A stretch of 63,796 nt of DNA, the filler included, from Octopus bimaculoides (Eukaryota), in NCBI RefSeq assembly GCF_001194135.2. It is 7 parts of 6 records of this genome, joined end to end, with 100 filler letters (N's around TTAATTAATTAA, not from the genome) between each part and the next. Parts side by side here need not be neighbours in the genome. Positions count along the whole stretch, not along the records: positions 46,886 to 57,481 come from NC_068987.1; positions 57,582 to 59,971 come from NW_026328000.1; positions 60,072 to 63,796 come from NC_069006.1; 4 more parts are not named here. One strand, written 5' to 3'. Shown piece after piece: positions 49,156-61,305 of the stretch (the first letter of the stretch is position 1; each line of letters begins with the position of its first letter). The notes below the pieces were generated by a model. The model was not told the DNA's origin and did no database searches. It was given only the letters and a program-made list of their open reading frames with translations. The position numbers and the translations under genes are program-made.

Positions 49156-49636
49156 TAATAAGGATAAATGATACATCTCTTTCCTTTCTTTTCTTTCTCT
49201 TTTTTTTTGTTTTGTTTTGTTTTCATCTCTCTTCTTTTTATTTATTTCTGTCAAGCAAATGGGAAGCTTTGGGGAGATATGTTCCATTCTTTCAGAGAGA
49301 AATATTAGTGTCAGTTTTTATGAAAGAATGAGATTATGCCTCTTTTTTTATTTTTATTTTTATTTTTATCTTTATTTTATTTATTTATTTTTTTCGTATT
49401 CTCTTTTTCTTTTTCTTTTTTTCCTTCCGAGTCCATTTCTATCTGGAAGCATAATTTTTGTGCTCAAATTTTGAGCAAGCAACTCGCAATTTTACGCTGC
49501 GCCAGCTTCTCATGTAACGCTACCAGCAACACTTAAGTGTGTGAAGCTGAGAACATGCCTACCTCCCGCAGTGGTGTGTGCAAGACAACAAACCACTGCA
49601 TATGGCGTGTGCACAACAGTACACAGACACACACAG

Positions 49637-49667
<31 letters not shown>

Positions 49668-49906
49668 TGCACCTCCCCCCTACACACAAACCTATACATA
49701 CAGAATTCAGATATCGAGATTATATTGACATGTACTATACTGTTGATTTCTGAGCATGCTCTTTACCCCAAGCTAAACATTCAATTATGAAAAGAGATGT
49801 GCAATGTAGTGTTGATGGTTGGCTCGTTCGTTGGTTGTTACCGGCGACGAGGAACCGTTTCGAGAACCGTTTCGAAATACTCGTTCAACATTTAATTATT
49901 TACATA

Positions 49907-50056
49907 CTACAGCTACTACTGCAACTGCAACTACCACTGCTACTGCTACTGCTACTGCTACTGGTGCAGACCTCAACTACTACTACTACTGCTGCTACTA
50001 CTACTACTGCTACTACTGCTACTACTACTGCTGCTACAACAACAACAACAACAACA

Positions 50057-50088
<32 letters not shown>

Positions 50089-50177
50089 ACCAGCCCCATC
50101 AACACAGTCACCGCCATCATCACTATCATCGTCACCACAATATCACCGTCACCACCATCACCACTAACACCACCATC

Positions 50178-50254
<77 letters not shown>

Positions 50255-50540
50255 GACACCAGTCCACTAACACCATCATCACCATCACTGATATCACCAT
50301 CACTGAAATCACCATCAACACCACCATTACCAGTAGCAGCAGCACCGCCACTATTGCTGCTGCTGCTGCTACTACTACTACTACTACTACTACTAGTAGT
50401 AGTAGTACTACTACTACTACCACCACCACCACCACCACCACCACCACCACCACGACACCATCACCACAATATCACCGTCACCATCACCACCATCATCAGC
50501 AGCAGCACCGCCACCACTACTACTACTACTACTAGTACTA
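49907..50540 (+). repeat. Cryptic (CTA/CCA/TCA/CAA)n low-complexity tract
   Basis: Seen directly. Confidence 0.9.
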
Positions 50541-50895
50541 CATTGTACTCACTATAGCATATGAGTAATAAATTTCTCAGTAGGAATGTTCATTAAAGAT
50601 CTCCCCACCTTATTTGGGATTTCTTATATATTTGTTTCAAACCCCTTTACTGTTTTCTGTTCAGAACATTTCAATTAATGCAGTAAAAATAGCAGTCAAA
50701 TTTTTTTTGTTTTTTTTTTTTGCAAAAAATTATTAAACCAAGAAACATTATTAAACTATGTTCATTGTTGTTATTATTTTTCTAGAAGTTGCATTTCTTT
50801 TTCCAGAAGTTTATTAACGACCTTTTTTTCCCCCGAAAATTGATTACGGCAATATTTGATTGGTTAGTGGTATATTACGAAGCTGGTTGTATGTG

Positions 50896-50934
<39 letters not shown>

Positions 50935-51339
50935 NNNNNNNNNNNNNNNNNNNNNNNNNNNNNNNNNNNNNNNNNNNNNNNNNNNNNNNNNNNNNNNNNN
51001 NNNNNNNNNNNNNNNNNNNNNNNNNNNNNNNNNNNNNNNNNNNNNNNNNNNNNNNNNNNNNNNNNNNNNNNNNNNNNNNNNNNNNNNNNNNNNNNNNNNN
51101 NNNNNNNNNNNNNNNNNNNNNNNNNNNNNNNNNNNNNNNNNNNNNNNNNNNNNNNNNNNNNNNNNNNNNNNNNNNNNNNNNNNNNNNNNNNNNNNNNNNN
51201 NNNNNNNNNNNNNNNNNNNNNNNNNNNNNNNNNNNNNNNNNNNNNNNNNNNNTTAAATTTCTTATCTCCACGTTTTCAAACGCAATTACACATAGACACA
51301 TACATATGTGTCAATATGATTGTGTCTACATATGTAAAG

Positions 51340-51402
<63 letters not shown>

Positions 51403-51473
51403 CTCTTGCTAATGGTACCATGTCACTCAGCCATATTATTGCTATCTGTGGATGTATGCATATTGTATATGTG

Positions 51474-51852
51474 TCATTATTCGGTTCATTTCAAGACTTC
51501 TTGCCAATAGAGAAAGGACCAGTTTCTAACCTAGATCCAAGGCTTCTTCATTGGAATTTAATTTCAACATCAAATACAGGGTATTTTTGTATGTATGTAT
51601 GCATATATGTGCAGATTTTTATGTTTTATGTATGTATTTTCATGCATATAGCCACATATCCAGACATGCTTATATATATCTAAATGCTAAACTTATGGAA
51701 ATTCCTACAGATTTTTACAGTTCCAGTGATGGATTGGATCTGTTGTCTTCGAATTAGCTCTCTCCTTTCTGGTTCTGAGAAGCCTAATTTCTCAAGATTG
51801 GTATTTAGGCAGTGTCTTACATATCCCAGGGTCCCAGTAATTACAGGTATAT
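51474..51852 (-). mobile_element. Third 5'-truncated copy of the (CATA)n-associated R4/Dong-like family
   Basis: The reverse complement matches the RLE C-terminus and the whole 3' UTR (CCAATGAAGAAGCCTTGGATCTAGGTTAGAAACTGGTCC...GAATAATGA). (TATG)n lies at about 51861-51875, next to the 5' junction. Confidence 0.88.
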
Positions 51853-51877
51853 GTATTTAGGTATGTATGTATGTATA

Positions 51878-51919
<42 letters not shown>

Positions 51920-52180
51920 ATATATGTACACATATGCATATATAATTTTGCTTGTTGTATTTGCTTAGCTGCAGGACATTATATAAAAGCAGATCTATAA
52001 TCAAGGGCATTCCAGCTGTCGCCATCTTACCTTCTTCAAGAATATCTTGGGGTATATTCGCTAGTGTCTCACTTTTTTTTGTTTAAAGGCATTTTATGAA
52101 GATATTTCTCATAGTTCCAGTGATTGTAGAGGATTTTTGGTTGGCGTAGTCTGTACAGGCAAATAGTGCGGTGAGTAACC

Positions 52181-52298
52181 TTTGGTCGTCCGAGGCTATA
52201 GTAGAAGACATTTGCCCAAGGTGCCTCACAGTGGGACTGAACCAGGACCTATGTGGTTAGGAAGCAAGCTTCTTACCACACAGTCACGCTTGCGCCTC
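52181..52298 (-). mobile_element. SINE family A head fragment
   Basis: GAGGCTATAGTAGAAGACATTTGCCCAAGGTGCC...CTTCTTACCACACAG. Confidence 0.75.
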
Positions 52299-52334
52299 TG
52301 TTTAAATGTGTTTTCTAAAGTAGTGTCTCAGTAT

Positions 52335-52770
52335 TCTTTTTTTCTTTTATTTGTTTCAGTTATTTGACTGCGGCCACGCTGGAGCACCGCCTTTAGTCGA
52401 ACAAATCGACCTCAGGTCTTATTCTTTGTAAGCCTAGTACTTATTCTGTCGGCTTCTTTTACCGAACCGCTAATTTACGGGACCGTGAACGCACCAACAC
52501 CAGTTGTCAAACGATTGCGGGGGACAAACAGGCACACACGCACACACACACACACACAGACAGACAGAAAACAAACACACACACATACATATATATATAT
52601 ATACATATATACGACGAGCTTCTTTCAGTTTTCATCTACCAAATCCACTCACAAGACTTTAGTCGGCCCGAGGCTATAGAAAAAGACACTTGCCTAAGGT
52701 GCCACACAATGGGACTGAACCCGGAACCATGTGGCTGGTAAGCAAGCTACTTACCACACAGCCCCTCCTA
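52335..52770 (-). mobile_element. SINE family A copy, full length
   Basis: Colinear with 41395-41843, with an internal (CA)n/(TA)n tract. Confidence 0.8.
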
Positions 52771-52900
52771 CTGTAAATTATCTAAACTAACACTTTGAAA
52801 TGACATTTTGGACTTTACTATCTCTTGCTTATTAAATATTATTTAGTCATAAGCTTGAATTTGAAACTGTTTCTACGGAAGTAAGGTTTTTGTGGATTCT

Positions 52901-53065
52901 AAGGTGGTGAACTAGCAGAATCGTAAGTACGTCTGACAGAATGTTTAGCGACATTTTCCAGCTTTTTGCGTTCTGAGTTCAAATACTACCGAGGTCAAAT
53001 CCGCTTTTCATTCTTTCGGGACCAATAAAATAAGTACCAGTTGAGTACTGGGGTCGATGGTCCCT
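52901..53065 (+). mobile_element. SINE family B copy
   Basis: AAGGTGGTGAACTAGCAGAATCGTAAG...GTTCTGAGTTCAAATACTACCGAGGTC...ATAAAATAAGTACCAGTTGAGTACTGGGGTCGAT. Confidence 0.75.
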
Positions 53066-53925
53066 CCCGTGAAAATTACTAACCTAAGAGCTTTAATAAT
53101 TTTTCTGGACAATAACAGGCTTCAAAGGTTTTGAGGAAGATAAAAAGACCGTAATTTTCAGGGTTTTTTTGCAAGAAAAAGATGAGCATCAGCTACATAT
53201 ATAAATTACTTCATATTAGGAATCGAACCCGCATCACTGAGGATGTTGTAGCATGGGAAATCAAATTACTGATGCACTATGGTGACTCAAGCCTGTAGTC
53301 ACATACTGATTAGCTACGGTCTTCTAGAGTTATCTCTCCTTTTCATCATGTAATGTGACTTTGTTGAGAGAATTGGTAGAATGTAAATAGGAAAATTAGC
53401 AGATATTGCTGGCTATCGCGCTACTATGGGTTTAAGTGGATAGCGTGAGTGGGGAACAAGATAATATTGATCTTATTCATTAGCTTAGAGTTTATTTTCC
53501 TTTTGTTCGTATTGAAGAGCATCTTGAGGCAGGTGGTTGAGTGGATATGGTTTTCAGACTATCGGCCGAAGGGTTGATGTACCGTTTTCAGTTAACAGTA
53601 CTGCAGTGACATGTGTCCAAGGATCCAAGGCCATGACATTTATATCTTCCTTCCTCGCTCATTTTGGAAAATTCCAAACAGGTGTCAATAATAGTAGCAA
53701 GCAATAGACGTAAATAAAATTGACAATTTCGTATGCATAATGTGTTTGGTTCTAATCTTCTTACAGATATATGAATTGCCAATTAGCTCGAACAAACGAG
53801 CGAGCCTCTATGTGGTCAAAATATCGGCTAGAAAAAGCAACTAAAATTACCACAACTAGACCATCATAAAAAAGAGAAAAGATAAGCTTATATATTCCAA
53901 GATACGAAACGAACTCATGCACACA

Positions 53926-53971
<46 letters not shown>

Positions 53972-54485
53972 NNNNNNNNNNNNNNNNNNNNNNNNNNNNN
54001 NNNNNNNNNNNNNNNNNNNNNNNNNNNNNNNNNNNNNNNNNNNNNNNNNNNNNNNNNNNNNNNNNNNNNNNNNNNNNNNNNNNNNNNNNNNNNNNNNNNN
54101 NNNNNNNNNNNNNNNNNNNNNNNNNNNNNNNNNNNNNNNNNNNNNNNNNNNNNNNNNNNNNNNNNNNNNNNNNNNNNNNNNNNNNNNNNNNNNNNNNNNN
54201 NNNNNNNNNNNNNNNNNNNNNNNNNNNNNNNNNNNNNNNNNNNNNNNNNNNNNNNNNNNNNNNNNNNNNNNNNNNNNNNNNNNNNNNNNNNNNNNNNNNN
54301 NNNNNNNNNNNNNNNNNNNNNNNNNNNNNNNNNNNNNNNNNNNNNNNNNNNNNNNNNNNNNNNNNNNNNNNNNNNNNNNNNNNNNNNNNNNNNNNNNNNN
54401 NNNNNNNNNNNNNNNNNNNNNNNNNNNNNNNNNNNNNNNNNNNNNNNNNNNNNNNNNNNNNNNNNNNNNNNNNNNNNNNNNNNNN

Positions 54486-54524
<39 letters not shown>

Positions 54525-54722
54525 AACAGATATCACACGATATCATGCACATATTGCATATGAATATGGTTGTTACTTAAGTTATGGCCGTCTTGAAACA
54601 GCTGTCGAGGTAAGACATTACAAAATTATTCTGTTGTTTTATTTTTTATCTTTTATTCTGTAATTTGCATTTTTGTGTTTTTGTGTTCCCTTGAAGTATA
54701 CATCTGAAGCCTACCTGTGTTC

Positions 54723-54753
54723 ACATACATACATACATACATACATACATACA

Positions 54754-54782
<29 letters not shown>
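54723..54782 (+). repeat. (CATA)n microsatellite with no R4-like insertion
   Basis: About 15 perfect units seen directly. Confidence 0.95.
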
Positions 54783-54784
<2 letters not shown>

Positions 54785-54984
54785 GTAACTATACACGGTC
54801 CGTTGGCAATCTCTTCTATTTGGGAATTTTCGCGTTCTCCTTTCCGACGAAGAGCTATGCTGGAAACGTTAAATTCTCTCCTTTCACCGATGGTCAAGCT
54901 AACTAATATACTTCTTGCGCATGTTCTCATCTTTGTTGGTTTTTCTCCTATTGTTTCGTTATTTATCCGTTTATTTGAATTGAC

Positions 54985-54985
<1 letters not shown>
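54785..54985 (+). mobile_element. Diverged member of the hammerhead-bearing repeat
   Basis: Contains the degenerate hammerhead and ends TTTGAATTGAC followed by (CT)n(AT)n. Confidence 0.45.
54841..54873 (+). ncRNA. Degenerate copy of the minimal hammerhead motif
   Basis: TTT-CCGACGA-A-GAGC-TAT-GCTG-GAAA-CGT-T-AAA, with two substitutions relative to a functional fold (U4 to C, and C to G at the base of stem II). Confidence 0.5.
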
Positions 54986-55018
<33 letters not shown>

Positions 55019-55226
55019 CTTTTAATATACAGGTGTACAGAGGCGGTGAAATGGAAGACTATTTAGAGCGTCCGGTCTTCTTAGTTCAGACTGTACCAGA
55101 ATGAACGTTGCCTTTAGTACTTGTAGGATAGATAAATAACGTGCCACCCTAGACGGATAGTGGTGGTGGTGGTAGCGACTTTTGTCTCTCTTTCTTTTCT
55201 GACGGTTCTTTTTCTTCTGTTATCAG

Positions 55227-55286
55227 TTGTGTGGGTCATGGAGAATGGAGGGCTCCACCAAGCTAAAATATACAAGATACGCCGAG
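55227..55286 (+). other. Candidate 60-bp host-gene exon
   Basis: Acceptor TTCTTTTTCTTCTGTTATCAG and donor GAG|GTATGT. Two frames are open: LCGSWRMEGSTKLKYTRYAE and VWVMENGGLHQAKIYKIRR. No product recognised. Confidence 0.4.
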
Positions 55287-55600
55287 GTATGTTACACACG
55301 ACGACGTCTACACGACTCCAGCAGAAAAAAATTACCCGACGACTGAAATATCCAATCGGACTGCTTAAAAAAGGATTCATACATTTACTTGAATGTGTCC
55401 CAAACGCTATGACCTTCCTTTTTAATGAAAAACTATATCACCTCGTGCATTTCGGACAAATTAAACAACGATATCTCGCCCCTTGTTTCAGTTATACAAA
55501 TGGAGTGATTTCAACGCATAAGTGGAAACTAATGAAGCTTTTGTCAGTTATATATTTCCCATGCTACAGCTTCCTCAATGCTGTAAGCCGTTTATGATGC

Positions 55601-55732
55601 AACACGGAGGTCTACATCAAGTGCCTGGAGGAGATTCCGCTGCTCTGGATCAAGAAGGTGACTGCCGGAAGACCCTCTGTCTGGCAACAGGACGCTGCTC
55701 CATGCCACGCAAGCAGGAGTACCTAGTAATGG
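55601..55732 (+). pseudogene. Tc1/mariner-superfamily transposase fragment
   Basis: Reads NTEVYIKCLEEIPLLWIKKVTAGRPSVWQQDAAPCHASRST**W, containing the QQD.AP.H motif around the second catalytic Asp. Confidence 0.8.
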
Positions 55733-57234
55733 TGGTTTTATTGGATAAATTAATTTACTGTTAAGTATTTCAAGATATTTTTATGTAATTTTGGTAAATA
55801 TATCTCTTAAGATGACATATCTGTTATTTTCATTTATGCACCATTTAGATGACAGTTTATTCACCGTACCCNNNNNNNNNNNNNNNNNNNNNNNNNNNNN
55901 NNNNNNNNNNNNNNNNNNNNNNNNNNNNNNNNNNNNNNNNNNNNNNNNNNNNNNNNNNNNNNNNNNNNNNNNNNNNNNNNNNNNNNNNNNNNNNNNNNNN
56001 NNNNNNNNNNNNNNNNNNNNNNNNNNNNNNNNNNNNNNNNNNNNNNNNNNNNNNNNNNNNNNNNNNNNNNNNNNNNNNNNNNNNNNNNNNNNNNNNNNNN
56101 NNNNNNNNNNNNNNNNNNNNNNNNNNNNNNNNNNNNNNNNNNNNNNNNNNNNNNNNNNNNNNNNNNNNNNNNNNNNNNNNNNNNNNNNNNNNNNNNNNNN
56201 NNNNNNNNNNNNNNNNNNNNNNNNNNNNNNNNNNNNNNNNNNNNNNNNNNNNNNNNNNNNNNNNNNNNNNNNNNNNNNNNNNNNNNNNNNNNNNNNNNNN
56301 NNNNNNNNNNNNNNNNNNNNNNNNNNNNNNNNNNNNNNNNNNNNNNNNNNNNNNNNNNNNNNNNNNNNNNNNNNNNNNNNNNNNNNNNNNNNNNNNNNNN
56401 NNNNNNNNNNNNNNNNNNNNNNNNNNNNNNNNNNNNNNNNNNNNNNNNNNNNNNNNNNNNNNNNNNNNNNNNNNNNNNNNNNNNNNNNNNNNNNNNNNNN
56501 NNNNNNNNNNNNNNNNNNNNNNNNNNNNNNNNNNNNNNNNNNNNNNNNNNNNNNNNNNNNNNNNNNNNNNNNNNNNNNNNNNNNNNNNNNNNNNNNNNNN
56601 NNNNNNNNNNNNNNNNNNNNNNNNNNNNNNNNNNNNNNNNNNNNNNNNNNNNNNNNNNNNNNNNNNNNNNNNNNNNNNNNNNNNNNNNNNNNNNNNNNNN
56701 NNNNNNNNNNNNNNNNNNNNNNNNNNNNNNNNNNNNNNNNNNNNNNNNNNNNNNNNNNNNNNNNNNNNNNNNNNNNNNNNNNNNNNNNNNNNNNNNNNNN
56801 NNNNNNNNNNNNNNNNNNNNNNNNATATATATATACGCACACACATATATCGCATAATGAATTTATATATATATATATATATATATATACATGTGTATGT
56901 GCGTGTGTTTGCATTTTTTTACCGATTGTGACAGTGTATCGAAGTAGTGTGTTTATTATTCCTAAGATGTGTAGTTCTTAGCAGTTGCGTTGACTAATTG
57001 CTCTCCCACGTAAAAGGCCGGATATCGTCTTCCCTTTCATCTTTTGTAAGGACTATCATCTTAGTTATCACTAAAAAAATAATATAAAACAAACAACCAG
57101 ATATAAAGTAAATAATTAAAGTTAAAAGAATCACATAAAATACATACACAGTGTATGTGTGCATATATGTGTATATATGTGTGTGTATGTACATTATGTC
57201 TCTCTCACTCCCTCCCTCTCTCTCTTGTCTTTTA

Positions 57235-57385
57235 CATGCTGGAGGACCGCCTTTAGCAAATCGACCCTAGAACTTATTCTTTGTAAGCCTAGTACTTATT
57301 CCATCAATCTCTTTTGTCGAACCGCTAAGTTGCGGGGACGTAAACACACCAGCATCGGTTTTCAAGCGATGATGGGGAGACACAC
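57235..57385 (-). mobile_element. SINE family A 3' half
   Basis: CATGCTGGAGGACCGCCTTTAG...CTTATTCTTTGTAAGCCTAGTACTTATT...GAACCGCTAAGTTGCGGGGACGTAAACACACC. Confidence 0.75.
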
Positions 57386-57436
57386 ACACACACACACACA
57401 CATAATACATACATACATACATACTCACACAGACAA

Positions 57437-57477
<41 letters not shown>

Positions 57478-57481
57478 TACA

Positions 57482-57581
57482 NNNNNNNNNNNNNNNNNNN
57501 NNNNNNNNNNNNNNNNNNNNNNNNNTTAATTAATTAANNNNNNNNNNNNNNNNNNNNNNNNNNNNNNNNNNNNNNNNNNNN
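57482..57581. other. Assembly spacer
   Basis: 12-mer at 57526-57537. Confidence 0.95.
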
Positions 57582-58691
57582 ACTCTGATCCTTTCTTTAT
57601 GGCTGTAACCTGAGAACTGCATGCAGTGAACAAAATGTTGTATATGTCTCTTTAACTCTCTAGGGTTGCATATGCAGGACACATTTCGCATTACTCTGAT
57701 GAGGTCTGCCATCAATATATTGAATTTGGCATTGTCCGCAATAGCCGAGTTCCAGTGGATCAGGTATTTGGAGGCCATAGGTTTTGCATAGTGTGAATGG
57801 AGGATTCGAGTTTTATTATTCTCAGTTTCTAGCCAGAGTTCAGTATCTAGTACAGGTAATCTATGGTTAGGGTGTTTAGTAGGGTAGTCTATCGTAACCT
57901 TAATATTCTGGTGGATGGAGTTAGCTATTTTCTGGATGCTTTCCATAGTATTAGTTTCTATTTCTATTTCAAGAATACTCTCTTGTGGGGGTGTCTTTAC
58001 CACTACGTTGATATCATCGACATATCGAGAGTACATATTCACGAGTATGGAGTTCTGTGTCAGGCGTTCCTTAAGCCTTCTGTCCCACCATACCATGAAG
58101 AAATTGGCCACATCACCGGCGATACTAACCCCGATGGCTGCCCCCTCGTCCTGGGCGTATATTTTGTTGTTAAACTTAAATGTGTGGCCTTTTAGGGTAA
58201 CTCGTATACTAGCTCCTAGTGCATGTGCAATCATTTTCTTTACCTGATGAACATTAGTGGGGGTCCGTATGGCTCTGGTCCATCCACTCCATCTCTCTAT
58301 AGGGGCCTTCCTAGCTATAGAGGTAATTGTGGGTGGTCTACCTCTTAAACGTCTACTAGGGCAGAAATCTCTAATTTCGTATTTATCTAGATATACATCG
58401 TCATATGTCAATCTAAGTAGGAGGCCCAGTTCTTCTGTGTTGACATTGCGAAACTCCACTTCACTCTCGTTGATCATCTCTACGCACTTTTCGACCGCAA
58501 AATCCACGTCGATAGATGGGTGTAGTGATACCACATCCATGCTACCTACTATACACCCTGTCAGGTTGCAGGTGTTGTTACAGTCGTTGATCCTGCTGAG
58601 GAGATCTTCCGTGCTATCACAAACATCAGGTGACATCCGGATTATGGGACGTATGATCATTGAGAGGAAGTAGGAAATCCTGTAGTTGCTA
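57582..58691 (-). mobile_element. Penelope-like element reverse transcriptase fragment, uninterrupted reading frame
   Basis: About 370 codons without a stop: GSMDVVSLHPSID, HTFKFNNKIYAQDEGAAIGVSIAGDVANFFMVWWD, YSRYVDDINV, LPVLDTELW, and the PLE thumb HYAKPMASKYLIHWNSA...K...R...MQFSGYS. Truncated at (TA)n (58693-58730) on the 5' side and by a spacer gap on the 3' side. Confidence 0.88.
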
Positions 58692-58735
<44 letters not shown>

Positions 58736-58739
58736 GCAC

Positions 58740-59075
58740 AATCTTTCTCTCTATTCTCTATTTCTTTTCTTCACTTCTCTCTAACACACTTTCTTCTCTC
58801 AGACCCTCAACCTCTATCATAAATACATACCCCACTCTCTCTCTCTCTGTCTTTTCACTTCTCTCCATCACACCTCTTTCTCTGTCTTTTCACTTCTCTC
58901 TTTCACAACATCTTTCTTCTCTCAGCCTCTCAATCTTCCTAAATATATAGATACGAATATTCTCTCTCTCATTCTCTCTCTCTTCCCCTCTCTCTTTTCA
59001 GCCACTCAATTTCTCTAAATATAGACACTTTCTTTCTCTATTTCTTCACTACCCTCCATCACACTGTTAAAATTT
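58740..59075 (+). repeat. CT-rich degenerate tandem units upstream of the Myb/SANT-like ORF
   Basis: Recurring blocks TTTCTTCTCTCAG..CTCAA..CT..TAAATA.A.A and TCTTTTCACTTCTCTC.A.CACAC, about three imperfect copies. Confidence 0.55.
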
Positions 59076-59117
59076 TAAAAATAAATAGATAGATAACTTA
59101 ATAAATTAACCACAAAA

Positions 59118-59648
59118 ATGTCCAGAACCTGGAGGAGCATGGAATTGGCATTGTTTTTGAGAGCCTGGTGCTGTGCTGAAGGAGAAAACCCAAACAACAT
59201 AATCACTGCTGCGCTGAAGAGCAATGGTTACACCAGAACATTAGCACAGATAGAACGAAAGAAGCAGGAGTTTACATGTTCCTATGCTCTCATACGAGCC
59301 CATATCAGCACTCTTGATGCCATCTTTGATAATGGACACAGCAAAGATGACAAGGATGGTGGCACAGATGCAGATGAAAGATGTCACCCCCACTTGGTAG
59401 ACACTCAAGAAAACAAAGAAGATTCAAGCAAGAAACCTGCCCGGAAAGTAAACCTAAGTGAAAGTGCCCCTACCACCATCAAAATGAAAAACCATGGAGG
59501 TGAAAGAGCCAAGAAAGAAGAATTAAAAGCAGGAAAAACTAAAACAAAAACAAAAGATGAAACAGCCAAAGAAAGAAGAAAACCTGACTACTCATATAAC
59601 AAAAAGGATAGAAAGAGACAGCACACACAAATATGCAAATTCTACTAG
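59118..59648 (+). CDS. Myb/SANT-like (trihelix-type) DNA-binding domain protein, probably transposon-derived; may continue through frameshifts to about 59890
   Basis: AAAAATG start context. MSRTWRSMELALFLRAW...IITAALKSNGYTRTLAQIERKKQEFTCSY fits the W..E...L..W...I...L...GY.RT..Q...K....Y pattern. An acidic then Lys-rich tail follows. Confidence 0.55.
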   Translation: MSRTWRSMELALFLRAWCCAEGENPNNIITAALKSNGYTRTLAQIERKKQEFTCSYALIRAHISTLDAIFDNGHSKDDKDGGTDADERCHPHLVDTQENKEDSSKKPARKVNLSESAPTTIKMKNHGGERAKKEELKAGKTKTKTKDETAKERRKPDYSYNKKDRKRQHTQICKFY

Positions 59649-59971
59649 AAAGGTGTCTGCTGGCATGGAGAGGAAGGTGCAGGCTGCCGTTTTGCACACC
59701 AAAGAAACAGGGCAGAAACCACCTGCCAAAAGGAAAGGACTACGCACCACCTGCCCCAAAACGGAGGTACACAGATGTAGTGCGTGCTACAAACCAGACC
59801 TATCAACAACATGTTGTTGAAAGGGCAGCTGCTGAACAACAATCTTTTTTGTGCATGGCACAAAAGATGGTACAGCAGCTGACCTAGCTACAATCTCACA
59901 GATAGGACTATCCCCAATACTCAAGACCACCACAGCAAATAGACCCAAGGTGGGCACCACTGGCAACAACA

Positions 59972-60071
59972 NNNNNNNNNNNNNNNNNNNNNNNNNNNNN
60001 NNNNNNNNNNNNNNNTTAATTAATTAANNNNNNNNNNNNNNNNNNNNNNNNNNNNNNNNNNNNNNNNNNNN
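59972..60071. other. Assembly spacer
   Basis: 12-mer at 60016-60027. Confidence 0.95.
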
Positions 60072-60181
60072 TACAAATTTTTTGTAGTTTTGAAATCAGT
60101 AGTTCTTTGACTGCTATTTCTGAATTCTCAGTATGTTGGAGAAGCAGGTTACTGTCAATCCCTATATATTTATGATTATAT

Positions 60182-60227
<46 letters not shown>

Positions 60228-60910
60228 GTACACACATATATCTTTCATTTTTCCCTTTGTTGTTCTCTATAGAGAGTGTCCGTAAATTACTTTTACAATT
60301 TGTATTGTGGAAATGTGAAATTTTGTAAAGATGCTTTATGGACACCCAGTTTATTTACACTCATTCTATTTCTGTTCTTATAAATATTTATTTAATCTTG
60401 TTTGGCTTCTTTCATTGGATTTTATGCAAAATTTTGAAGAAAACAACCTTATTACTTTGTGCACAACAATACCGCCTTAAGGATTGCACTCATCGTTTTT
60501 GCCAAGCAGCAGGAAAGTCCTGATTTCTGAATAACATTTTTTTAGAGTACTAAACATAAGTGAAGCAGTTTTAACAAAGAAATTCAGCTTCTGATCTTTC
60601 TTTCTCGATATCATTTCCATTGGCTATGAATGTAGTAATCTGTAAATTTTTTGAAATATTGTTTAAAGGATTTTCATTAATTTTTTACTCTTAACTCTGA
60701 CGCTTCACAAATGAAAATTTGCAAAACGTGGCCGTAGCAGTTACTCCATATGGATTCCATTAACAAGCTTATATATAAATTTTATCGGATTCGTTACAAT
60801 GTTCTAGATAGATATCTTTGTTTTGCAACATGTTCATAGTATGTTTGTTCTAAAAGTCTATCGCAAGCTAGCAAGTAAACTGGCATACTGGGAATTATTT
60901 TTGAATTTTG

Positions 60911-60966
<56 letters not shown>

Positions 60967-61305
60967 CTTATCTATCTACATACACAAATGATATATATAT
61001 ACACACACACACACAGAGACACACACATTTATATATACATGTATATATGTGTATATTTATGTGCATATATGTATATATATATATATATACGTATATATAT
61101 ATTTATGTATGTACTTATACATATGTATATGTATATGTATATATGTGTGTGTGTGTATATATATATATATACATATGTGTATATATATATATATATACAC
61201 ATATATATATATACATATATGCATACATATATATATACATACGTAATACATATGTGTGTGTATGTGTTTGTGTGTGGGGGTTGTGTGTGTGTGTGTGTGT
61301 GTCTG
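60911..61305 (+). repeat. (TATC)n followed by mixed (TA)/(CA)/(TG) microsatellite
   Basis: Seen directly. Confidence 0.9.

Noticed and set aside
49854-49878. 12-bp tandem GAACCGTTTCGA x2
   Set aside because: A two-copy local duplication with no further structure.
55160-55597. 145-aa ORF as a single-exon gene
   Set aside because: It starts in a (GGT)n repeat, crosses strong splice signals, and is unrecognisable after the donor site.
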